Positions 7,813 to 15,016 of a stretch of DNA of 16,699 nt are shown here, piece by piece (position 1 is the stretch's first letter; the number at the start of each line of letters is the position of its first letter). This DNA comes from Chlamydiota bacterium. Lineage in GTDB: Bacteria; Auribacterota; Tritonobacteria; UBA1439. The stretch covers positions 1-16,699 of the forward strand of contig JBAXOY010000068.1 of NCBI GenBank assembly GCA_037133055.1, read 5' to 3'. A model generated the notes under the pieces. That model did no database searches. It was not told the DNA's origin and saw only the letters and a program-made list of their open reading frames with translations. A program made the position numbers and the translations under genes.

Positions 7813-7842
7813 GGGATCGGCCGATTTCCGCCGCACGACGAT

Positions 7843-9021
7843 TCAGCGCCGCGCCGGAGCCGCCTGAACGCGCCGCACAAAGCGCTCGACACGATCGAGC
7901 GCCTCCTTCAGATTTTCGTAGCTCGATGCGTAGGAGATTCTGACGAACCCCTCGCCGATGCTCCCGAACGCGGTCCCGGGAACCACCGCGACCTTCTCCT
8001 CATCGAGCAGCCGCTTCGAAAAGCCCATCGAGTCGAGGCCGGAGGAGCGGATGCAGGGGAAGATGTAGAACGCGCCATCCGGCCGGACGCAGTCGAGCCC
8101 GATGCGGCGGAGCCGCCCGTACACGAACTCCCTCCGCCTTGCGTACTCGCGCTTCATCTCCCGGACATCCTTCCCCCCCCTGCGCAGGGCCTCGCAGGCG
8201 GCGACCTGGGCTATGGTCGGGGCGCACATGATGGTGTACTGGTGAATCTTGGTCATCGCGGAGATGACGCCCTTCGGGCCCGCCGCGTAGCCGATCCGCC
8301 AGCCGGTCATGGCATACGCCTTCGAGAAGCCGTTGAGATAGACCGTCCGCTCCCGCATGCCGGGGAGGAGCGGGAGGGGGGTGTGGTCGAAGTCGTAGGT
8401 GAGCTCGTCGTAGATCTCGTCGCTCAGCACCACCAGGTCGGTGCGGCGGACGACGGCCGCGAGCGCCTCGAGCTCCCGCGCCCGGTAGGATGCCCCCGTG
8501 GGGTTCGAGGGGTAGTTGATGATGATGCCGCGGGTCCCGCGGCAGAGGTTCCGGCGGAGCAGCGGCGGGGTCAACTTGAACCCCGACGATTCCGGCAGCG
8601 GGATGCACACCGGCTCCCCGCCCGCGAGGCTCACCATCGGCGCATAGGAGACGAAGCACGGCTGGGGGACGAGGAACCTCTCTCCCCGCTCGAGGATCGC
8701 CCGCATCGCGACGTCCACCGCCTCGCTCACCCCGACGGTGACCAGAATCTCGTCGTCCGGGTCATACCGGAGGCCGTACCGGCCCTTGAGGAAATCGGCG
8801 ATGGCGACGCGGAGCTCCCGCAGCCCCTTGTTCGAGGTGTAGGAGGTGAACCCCTGCTCGAGGGAGTAGATGCCGGTCTCCCGGATGTGCCAGGGCGTGT
8901 CGAAGTCCGGCTCGCCGACGCCGAGCGAGATGACGTCGTCCATCCCGAGGACCAGATCGAAGAAGAGCCTGATCCCCGAGGGGGGCATTTCCCTGACCCG
9001 CTTTGCGATGGGTATCTTCAT
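7843..9021 (-). CDS. PLP-dependent aminotransferase class I/II (YugH/AlaT-like)
   Basis: Motifs SLGVGEPDF, NYPSNPTG, SDEIY and NGFSKAYAMTGWRIG (PLP lysine). It follows an Lrp gene, as in the Bacillus yugG-yugH arrangement. Confidence 0.93.
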   Translation of the reverse strand: MKIPIAKRVREMPPSGIRLFFDLVLGMDDVISLGVGEPDFDTPWHIRETGIYSLEQGFTSYTSNKGLRELRVAIADFLKGRYGLRYDPDDEILVTVGVSEAVDVAMRAILERGERFLVPQPCFVSYAPMVSLAGGEPVCIPLPESSGFKLTPPLLRRNLCRGTRGIIINYPSNPTGASYRARELEALAAVVRRTDLVVLSDEIYDELTYDFDHTPLPLLPGMRERTVYLNGFSKAYAMTGWRIGYAAGPKGVISAMTKIHQYTIMCAPTIAQVAACEALRRGGKDVREMKREYARRREFVYGRLRRIGLDCVRPDGAFYIFPCIRSSGLDSMGFSKRLLDEEKVAVVPGTAFGSIGEGFVRISYASSYENLKEALDRVERFVRRVQAAPARR

Positions 9022-9022
9022 G

Positions 9023-9167
9023 GTAACTACTCGGGTAGCCAGAAGCCGGGAGCCAGAATCCGGAATGGTTCGTGAATACGCTTCCAGTAGCGTGCTGACA
9101 TCTTCGAGTAACTGCTCATTCTAACTCCTGGCTCCTGACTCCTGAATTCTGGCTCCTGAACAGTTAC
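9023..9167. mobile_element. MITE-like hairpin element, copy 2 (shorter, more decayed)
   Basis: Termini are GTAACTACTCGGGTAGCCAGAA... and ...TTCTGGCTCCTGAACAGTTAC, with heptamer arms. The core AGCGTGCTGACATCTTCGAGTAACTGC is nearly identical to the copy 1 core AGCGTGCTGACCTCTTCGAGTAACTGC. The minus strand encodes the fragment EQLLEDVSTLLEAYSRTIPDSGS, out of frame with the ATG at 9119. Confidence 0.7.
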
Positions 9168-9189
9168 TTTTCATGACCGATGCCTTCCG

Positions 9190-9681
9190 TCACGGCGTGA
9201 TCGCGAGCCTCCGGTCCTTCTGCTCTTTCCGGACCAGTATGTCGCCGTCCTCCTTGTATTTCTTGAGGAGGAAATGCGTGACCGTGCCGCGGACGTGCTC
9301 CATCGGCGCGAGCTTCTGCGCGACGAAGTTGGCGATGCTCTGGATATCGCTCCCCTCGACGGTGAGCAGCAGGTCGTAGCCGCCCGAGAGGAGGACGCAG
9401 CTCTGCACCTCGGGGAAGAGGTAGATCCGCTCCGCGACGCGGTCGAAGCCGACGTCCTTCTGCGGCGCGGTCTTTACCTCGATGAGGGCCCGCACCCCCT
9501 GCGCCGACGGCGCAAGGAGCTCCCGGTTCACCACCGCCTTGTACTTGAGGATCACGCCCTCCTTTTCGAGCCGCCGGATCTCGCGTTTCACCGCGGCCGC
9601 CTTCTTCCCGAGCATGGCGGCGATCTCTTCCGGCGTCCTCCGGGCGTCTTTCTGGAGTATCTCCAGTATCTCATCCGTCAT
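9190..9681 (-). CDS. Lrp/AsnC family transcriptional regulator (YugG/AlaR-like), 163 aa
   Basis: Start ATG 9681 (MTDEILEILQKDARRTPEEIAAMLG...IRRLEKEGVILKY, HTH). The C-terminal RAM domain carries LLSGGYDLL and THFLLKKYKEDG. A purine-rich RBS lies upstream. Confidence 0.93.
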   Translation of the reverse strand: MTDEILEILQKDARRTPEEIAAMLGKKAAAVKREIRRLEKEGVILKYKAVVNRELLAPSAQGVRALIEVKTAPQKDVGFDRVAERIYLFPEVQSCVLLSGGYDLLLTVEGSDIQSIANFVAQKLAPMEHVRGTVTHFLLKKYKEDGDILVRKEQKDRRLAITP

Positions 9682-9710
9682 GGCGCATCCCCCCCCGGCC
9701 GTGCGGCCGC

Positions 9711-10742
9711 TCACAGCTTCTCGGTGTTGTCCATGTCCGTGACAAGGACGGCCTCGTACCGCGCGCGGGGCGCGGTCACGACGACGTGGTAGCCCCGCGC
9801 CTTCACGCGATCGCCCGTCCGGTACTCTCCCCTCTTCCCGCCGTGGTAGATGATGAGCGCGGCGTCGCGCCCGAGCGCCTTCGACCCGATCCGGGCGTCC
9901 GCGAGCGGGAGCCAGGTGGGCATGAACCCCGTGTGGTCGTCGTTCGCGACCGTTCCCGCGGCCTCGATGTCGCGCGCCAGGACCTCCATCCCGAAGCTCG
10001 GGAGCGGGATCTCCGCCTGGTCGGTGTAGGAGAAGAAGGGGCATATCATGTCCCCCTCGTCGTCGTAGAACCGTATCGCCCAGTGCATCCCCATCTCGAA
10101 AACCGCCCGCTTCGGGTCCTTGACGATCTCGTAGATCCTGTCCACCGCCCGCCTGAGCTCGGCGAGCGTGCCGTGAAAAACAAGGTCGAAATCGTGCGCG
10201 GCCGCGAGGTTCCCGAACGCCATCGACCCCGTGCACCCGATCATCTCGGGAGCGATGCCCAGCAGCTTCCCGATGCTCCTGATCGACCGGTCGATCTCGC
10301 CCGACCGCTTCCGCGCGATCGCAAGCGAGCGGCGTGGGGGGACGAAGCCGATGAACTCGTCGACGTTGAAGACGCACTTGTTCTCGGCGAAGACCGGCTT
10401 CCCCTCCTGCGTGGAGGGGTCGATCTTCCGGTAGATCTGGAGCTGCCGCCTGAACGGGATCCACGCCTCTCCCTCCGCCCGGTACTGCTTGATGATGCTC
10501 CCGTACTGCGTCCCGAAGAATTTCTTCGTGCCGTTCGGGTCCGGGATGTAGATGATGTTGGCGATGAGCTTCCCCTTCGGGTGGTAGTAACCCTCGGAGA
10601 AGGCGAGGAGCCCGTCGTTCCGGAGGAAGAAGGTGGCGTCCCGGATCTCCTCCAGCTCGGAGATGGGCACGACGAAGTCCCTGAAATCCGCGTGCCGCCG
10701 AACCCCCTCCATCAGCTCCCTGTTGTCCCTGCCGTAGATCAT
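9711..10742 (-). CDS. Predicted Pol-beta-fold nucleotidyltransferase, paralog B (resembles uncharacterised archaeal COG1665-type proteins), ~343 aa
   Basis: Likely start is ATG 10742 (MIYGRDN). It has the NTase signature GCTGSMAFGNLAAAHDFDLVF (GS-x10-DhD) and N-terminal RDATFFLRNDG..FSEGYYHP. It is colinear over its full length with the upstream paralog. Confidence 0.75.
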   Translation of the reverse strand: MIYGRDNRELMEGVRRHADFRDFVVPISELEEIRDATFFLRNDGLLAFSEGYYHPKGKLIANIIYIPDPNGTKKFFGTQYGSIIKQYRAEGEAWIPFRRQLQIYRKIDPSTQEGKPVFAENKCVFNVDEFIGFVPPRRSLAIARKRSGEIDRSIRSIGKLLGIAPEMIGCTGSMAFGNLAAAHDFDLVFHGTLAELRRAVDRIYEIVKDPKRAVFEMGMHWAIRFYDDEGDMICPFFSYTDQAEIPLPSFGMEVLARDIEAAGTVANDDHTGFMPTWLPLADARIGSKALGRDAALIIYHGGKRGEYRTGDRVKARGYHVVVTAPRARYEAVLVTDMDNTEKL

Positions 10743-10858
10743 GATGGTATCCGGGCCTTTCCGCCGTTCTCCTTCTTCAGTCCGACCGGGAATCGCGCGC
10801 CCGCAGACGGGGGGCGCGCGCAGGCCGCCCCGTGATGCCGCGCTCGGAGATGGCGGCG

Positions 10859-11965
10859 TCAGGAACCCTTGCGGACGTCGCCGATGTTGGTGGCGAGCAC
10901 CGCTTCGAACTCGCCCCCCTGCTTCCGGGCCGCCCCCGTTCCGGCGAAGGTGCGCACGAGGACGTGGGTCCCCTCGCCCGTGACGCGGTCCCCCTCGACG
11001 TAGTCGCCCCGCTCCCCGCCGTGGTAGAGGATCAGCCGCATCGCCCCGGGGCGCCCCTTGCCGTCGAGTCTCACCTTCTCGATGCCGAGAAGCGTCGGGT
11101 TGTAGGCGTTGTGCGTGTGGTCCGCCACGCGGGCGTCGAACTTCACCGGGCCGATCACCTCGCAGGTGAAGTCCTTCAGGGGGCACTCGGCGAGGTCGAT
11201 GTAGGAAAAGAAGGGGCAGAACATGAACTTCTCGCCGTCCACCCACTCCCAGTAGCGGATCGGCCAGTACTTGCCGAACTCGAACACCTTGCGTTCCTCT
11301 TTCACGGCGGTGACCTTGTAGAGGAAGTCGACGATGCGCCGGACCTCCTTCACGCTCGCGTAGATCACCACGTCGAGGTCGTGCGGGTTCTCGTAGGTCC
11401 CGATCGAGAGCGAGCCGGAGATGCCGAACTGCCCGGGGGTGATCCCCAGGAACTCCGCGGAGGCCTCGACCGACCGCCTGATTCTCTGCGCGCCCTTGTC
11501 GCCCCGCTCAGCGCGGGAGAAGATTGCCTTCATCGAGTGGAGGTGCGGGAAATGCCCGATGAGCGAATCCACGGGAACGAGGGCCTTGTACTTCGCGTAC
11601 GGCGGCTTCTGGACGTCGAGCGCGGGGTCGATCTCGAGATACCGCTTCAACTGCAGGGGGTAGAACATGTCGAGCGGCTGCGTGTTCATGATCCCCTTGG
11701 TGAGGTTCTCGTAGGCCTGCCCGAATATCTTCTTCTTCGAGTACGGGGGCACCTCGCCCTCCTCGGGGAGGAAGACGATGTGCGACACGAGATGGCGCTC
11801 CGCCAGCGGCATCTCCGGCTCGTGGCAGTACCCCTCGGAGAAGACGAACGTCCCGTCCTCCCGGAGGAAATAGGTGGCGTCCCTGAACTCCGTCTTCCCG
11901 TCCACCGGGACGAAGAACTCCGCGAATTTATCGTGCGCCCGCATCTTTTCGATTATTTCGTGCAT
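10859..11965 (-). CDS. Predicted Pol-beta-fold nucleotidyltransferase, paralog A (COG1665-like), 368 aa
   Basis: Signature GISGSLSIGTYENPHDLDVVIY (GS-x10-DhD), RDATYFLREDG..FSEGYCH, and a beta-rich C-terminal region YHGGERGDYVEGDRVTGEG. An AGGGGG RBS lies upstream. Confidence 0.78.
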   Translation of the reverse strand: MHEIIEKMRAHDKFAEFFVPVDGKTEFRDATYFLREDGTFVFSEGYCHEPEMPLAERHLVSHIVFLPEEGEVPPYSKKKIFGQAYENLTKGIMNTQPLDMFYPLQLKRYLEIDPALDVQKPPYAKYKALVPVDSLIGHFPHLHSMKAIFSRAERGDKGAQRIRRSVEASAEFLGITPGQFGISGSLSIGTYENPHDLDVVIYASVKEVRRIVDFLYKVTAVKEERKVFEFGKYWPIRYWEWVDGEKFMFCPFFSYIDLAECPLKDFTCEVIGPVKFDARVADHTHNAYNPTLLGIEKVRLDGKGRPGAMRLILYHGGERGDYVEGDRVTGEGTHVLVRTFAGTGAARKQGGEFEAVLATNIGDVRKGS

Positions 11966-11995
11966 GGTGCCCCCTGAAAAACCGCGCGAGCATGT

Positions 11996-12024
11996 TTTTT
12001 ATCATCAAAAAGGGCGGAACGCAA
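11996..12024 (-). promoter_or_regulatory. Candidate sigma70 promoter for the nucleotidyltransferase genes and possibly the downstream cluster
   Basis: The minus strand reads TTGCGT-17 nt-TAAAAA with a TG extension (TGATAAAAA), in an AT-rich patch about 30 nt upstream of ATG 11965. Confidence 0.4.
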
Positions 12025-12053
12025 GGCAAAAGGGGGGAAGGTGGAGATACGGC

Positions 12054-13523
12054 TTACCAGCCGTAGCCGCGTGCCGAATCGTACGGTCCCGCGTTTGCGG
12101 GAGCGAACCCGGAGGGGCGGGGAGCATCGATGGGAGCGAAGTTGATGCAGACCGTCCCCGGGTGGCGCGCGGGGTCACGGGGGATTCCCGCCCCCCCGCA
12201 GACGGCCTCGACGAGATCCATGTATCCGTCGCCGTCGGTGTCGGGGTTCAGCGGCTCCGTGAGGAGGGTGGAGACCTCCTCGCCGTCGGAGAGACCGTCG
12301 CCGTCGGTGTCGGGGTAGTTCGGGTTGGTGTCGAAAAGATTTATCTCGTCGGCATCCAAAAGCCCGTCCGCGTCGAAGTCGCCGACCCGGAGAAAAAGAG
12401 GGCTCGTGAGGGCGATCTCCCCATCCTCCTGGATGATGACGCCGAAATAGAAGTCGCCATGGGCGGGATTCGGATCCGGGAAAAGAAGCGTCGCCGTGAG
12501 CGCATGGATGCCCGTCTGCCGAGCTACCGAGCTCCCGTTCTTGTAGATCCTCGCCTCCTCGAGGTAATCCGCGCCACCGTCGGCCGCGGAGAGCCGCACC
12601 GTGGCCCCCGTGCCCGACGGCTGGACCGCCTGCCCCATGGTGAAGGGAAACGTCGCCCCGCCGTCCGTCGAGGCGGTGAATTCAACCGTGAGGGGCGAGG
12701 TCCTGAAATCCGAATCCTGGGAAACGTAGGTCCTCCGCATCGAGAGCGCCTCGAGGATATCATCCCGGGTGAGGCTCGACGCAAGCGCCACCGTGGTGAA
12801 CTTCTCCCAGTAGTTCTCTCCGAACTCCCCCCATGTGCCGCCGTGCGTGTCTTTTGATCCGTCCGCCCCGACGAGCCATCCGTTTTCGATCGCCGCGGCG
12901 TACTGGGCGATCTCTCCCGTGAGGCCGACGCGCGAAAGGGCGGGCGGGTAGTCGCCCCGCACCTCCATGCGCCTCATCGCCCATCCGCCCATGGAGGAAA
13001 AGGCCCAGTCGCCCCAATCGGCGCTGGCGCCGAGGGCGGGGTGATTGAACTGCCCGACGATCCTCCCGTCCGCCATGCGGTCATAGAACAGTGTTTCGTA
13101 GAAACCCGCAATCGTCAGCGCCATGCCGAAGGCGGGTGCCATCAGCACATTCCCATGGTAATCGGCGTCGGACATCGTCCACTCGTAGCCGTAGAGGGCG
13201 ACGAAGACCCCGTCCGCGTTGGCGGCATCTGCCTCGGCGATCGCCTGCAGGTACTCGGAGGCCTGCATGCCCCATCCGGCGTCAGGGTCGTCTGCGGGGA
13301 AATGGTCGGTCACGGCGAAAAAATCGAGTCCCGCCACGTCGCGGGCATGTGCATAGGCATTCGCGGGGGTGGAACCCTCGAGGCCGTCGGAGAAAGCGGT
13401 GTGGCTGTGGATATCGCCGTAGTACGGGGTGTACGCGGTCTGTGGCGCGGCGGGACGCCCCACCGCGAGGATCAGGACGATGAAGATCGCCTTCTTTATG
13501 CCGGATACCCGAGGGGTGTTCAC
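12054..13523 (-). CDS. Secreted PHP-domain metallohydrolase (CehA/McbA-like) with DxDxDG Ca-binding repeats; start uncertain (GTG 13523 chosen)
   Basis: A signal-peptide-like KKAIFIVLILAVG segment precedes PHP metal motifs GDIHSHTAFSDG, TDH, GYEW, FNHP and SKDTH. The C-terminus has DFDADG and two DTDGDG repeats. The ORF-track extension to 13973 overlaps cca and is spurious. Confidence 0.8.
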   Translation of the reverse strand: MNTPRVSGIKKAIFIVLILAVGRPAAPQTAYTPYYGDIHSHTAFSDGLEGSTPANAYAHARDVAGLDFFAVTDHFPADDPDAGWGMQASEYLQAIAEADAANADGVFVALYGYEWTMSDADYHGNVLMAPAFGMALTIAGFYETLFYDRMADGRIVGQFNHPALGASADWGDWAFSSMGGWAMRRMEVRGDYPPALSRVGLTGEIAQYAAAIENGWLVGADGSKDTHGGTWGEFGENYWEKFTTVALASSLTRDDILEALSMRRTYVSQDSDFRTSPLTVEFTASTDGGATFPFTMGQAVQPSGTGATVRLSAADGGADYLEEARIYKNGSSVARQTGIHALTATLLFPDPNPAHGDFYFGVIIQEDGEIALTSPLFLRVGDFDADGLLDADEINLFDTNPNYPDTDGDGLSDGEEVSTLLTEPLNPDTDGDGYMDLVEAVCGGAGIPRDPARHPGTVCINFAPIDAPRPSGFAPANAGPYDSARGYGW

Positions 13524-13567
13524 GGCTCTCTTCGTCCCCTTCACCCATTGAGTATAGCCGATTCCGG

Positions 13568-14887
13568 TTACCGTCGCCACTCCTTCGTGAGCCAGTCGAG
13601 CGCCTCGCCCCGCGTCGCGATCCGGTTTTCGAGCTGGAGCTCCTCGATGGCGGCGAGGATCCTCCCGATCTCCGGCCCCTCGCGGTAGCCGAGGCGGATG
13701 AGGTCGCGCCCGTTGAGGAGGGGGGCCGGAGAGATCTTCTCCCTGCCGTACTCCTCCCTCTTCCGCGTCAGGAACTCCCACGCGGAGAGGTCCCGGTCGC
13801 TCGCCATGCAGTCCAGGCGGTGGAGCTCGAGTTCGCGGGGAAAGGTCGTACGGCGCATCAGGCGCTTCAGCGTGCTTTCGCGCATCCGTTTCACATCGAG
13901 GAAAGTCATGTGGTTCCCGACGCAGGCGGCGATCATCTCCCGCTCGCGGGAGGGAAAACGGAGCCGGGAGCACACCTCGCGCGCGATACGCGCCCCCTCG
14001 GTCTGGTGCCCGTCGAAATGGATCCGGTCGCGCACGGAGAAGGTTGCCGGCTTCCCGGCGTCGTGGAGGAGGGCCGCAAAGGCGAGCACCGCGTCCGGAC
14101 GCTCCATCGCGTCGAGCATCCGGACCGTGTGGACAAAGACATCCCCTTCGGGGTGGAACTCCTCGGGCTGGCGCACCCCCTTCATGGCATGCACCTCGGG
14201 GAGGACCTCCCGGAGGAGCCCCGTCTCGTCGAGAAGCCCGAGGCCCTGCCCCGCCCGGGGGCCGATCATCATCTCCACGAGCTCGTCCCTCACGCGCTCC
14301 CCGCTCACCACGCGGATGCCCGGGGCGAGCTCTTTCAGGGCGGCGAGCGTGAACGGCTCGATCGAGAACCCGAGCGTCGAGGCGAAGCGGACGGCCCGCA
14401 GGAGCCGCAGCTTGTCCTCTTCGAAGCGGAGGGCGGGGTCCCCGATGGTCCGGATGAGCCCCGCGGCGATGTCCGCCTCCCCGCCGACGTAGTCGAGCAG
14501 GCGGTCCTCGAGGGGGTCGTAGAGGAGCCCGTTCATCGTGAAGTCGCGCCGCAGGACGTCCTCGCGGGCCGAGGAGAAGCGCACGCCCGTCGGCTTACGC
14601 CCGTCCCGGTACTCCATGTCCGCCCGGAAGGTCGCGACGTGCACGCGGTGTCCGTCTTGGACCACCAGCATGACGCCGAACTGCTTCCCGACCGGGACGA
14701 CGCGGGGGAAGAGACGCGCAATCTCGTCGGGATGGGCGGAGGTGGCGATGTCGTGCTCGGCGCAGGGGCGCCCCATGAGCCTGTCGCGGACACAGCCGCC
14801 GACAAAGCAGGCCTCGAAGCCGCTCTGCCGCAGGCGCTGCACAATCTCCCGGGCGACGTCCAGTTCTGATTTTCTCATGGGGCGCAC
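13568..14887 (-). CDS. cca: Class II CCA tRNA nucleotidyltransferase with HD domain (alternative ATG start at 14878)
   Basis: Motifs VGGCVRD, xxDIATSA, RRDFTMN, EDKLRLLRAVRF and VSGERVRDEL, plus HD domain HPEGDVFVHT...LLHDAGKP. Confidence 0.88.
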   Translation of the reverse strand: MRPMRKSELDVAREIVQRLRQSGFEACFVGGCVRDRLMGRPCAEHDIATSAHPDEIARLFPRVVPVGKQFGVMLVVQDGHRVHVATFRADMEYRDGRKPTGVRFSSAREDVLRRDFTMNGLLYDPLEDRLLDYVGGEADIAAGLIRTIGDPALRFEEDKLRLLRAVRFASTLGFSIEPFTLAALKELAPGIRVVSGERVRDELVEMMIGPRAGQGLGLLDETGLLREVLPEVHAMKGVRQPEEFHPEGDVFVHTVRMLDAMERPDAVLAFAALLHDAGKPATFSVRDRIHFDGHQTEGARIAREVCSRLRFPSREREMIAACVGNHMTFLDVKRMRESTLKRLMRRTTFPRELELHRLDCMASDRDLSAWEFLTRKREEYGREKISPAPLLNGRDLIRLGYREGPEIGRILAAIEELQLENRIATRGEALDWLTKEWRR

Positions 14888-14966
14888 CGCTGTCTTTCCG
14901 CCACGCGGCGCACACAGCCCCCCGGGGCATTCACGCGTTTCGCGGTGGTGGAACGCTCCCGCCTTC

Positions 14967-14975
14967 TGCTATACT
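14967..14975 (+). promoter_or_regulatory. Candidate extended -10 promoter for the lytic transglycosylase
   Basis: TGCTATACT matches TGnTATAAT with one mismatch and lies about 40 nt upstream of ATG 15017. No convincing -35 element. Confidence 0.45.
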
Positions 14976-15016
14976 CCTCGCGCGCCGCCGAATACGACAG
15001 ATAGTATCATACACCC

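Noticed and set aside
5937..7836. Anaerobic sulfite reductase (asrABC) or complete group 3b sulfhydrogenase
   Set aside because: There is no siroheme AsrC and no group 3b alpha/delta subunit in the window.
4387..9167. CRISPR array or diversity-generating retroelement
   Set aside because: The repeats are 7-mers in inverted arms with no repeat-spacer periodicity. There is no cas gene or reverse transcriptase, and no TR/VR pair with adenine-specific differences was seen.
9711..11965. MNT-HEPN toxin-antitoxin or CBASS/CD-NTase defence system
   Set aside because: The proteins are about three times MNT size. There is no adjacent HEPN, Cap effector or E1/E2/JAB gene, and the context is metabolic with host-like composition.
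2554..13973. Long N-terminal extensions in the ORF track (to 2940, 3389, 10464, 11246, 13973) suggesting fusion proteins
   Set aside because: The extensions overlap upstream genes in another frame and are low-complexity. Internal starts with ATGA overlaps or RBS-like sequences match the family N-termini.
428..14869. Many long plus-strand ORFs (e.g. 428-1207, 1639-2589, 3315-4442, 5862-6998, 7708-9075, 9786-10835, 10832-11977, 13820-14869)
   Set aside because: They are antisense shadows of well-supported minus-strand genes in GC-rich DNA, with Arg/Gly/Pro-rich or motif-free translations.
15006..15011. Minus-strand TATGAT as the -10 box of a cca promoter
   Set aside because: It has no credible -35 element at 16-18 nt spacing and no TGn extension, so support is insufficient.
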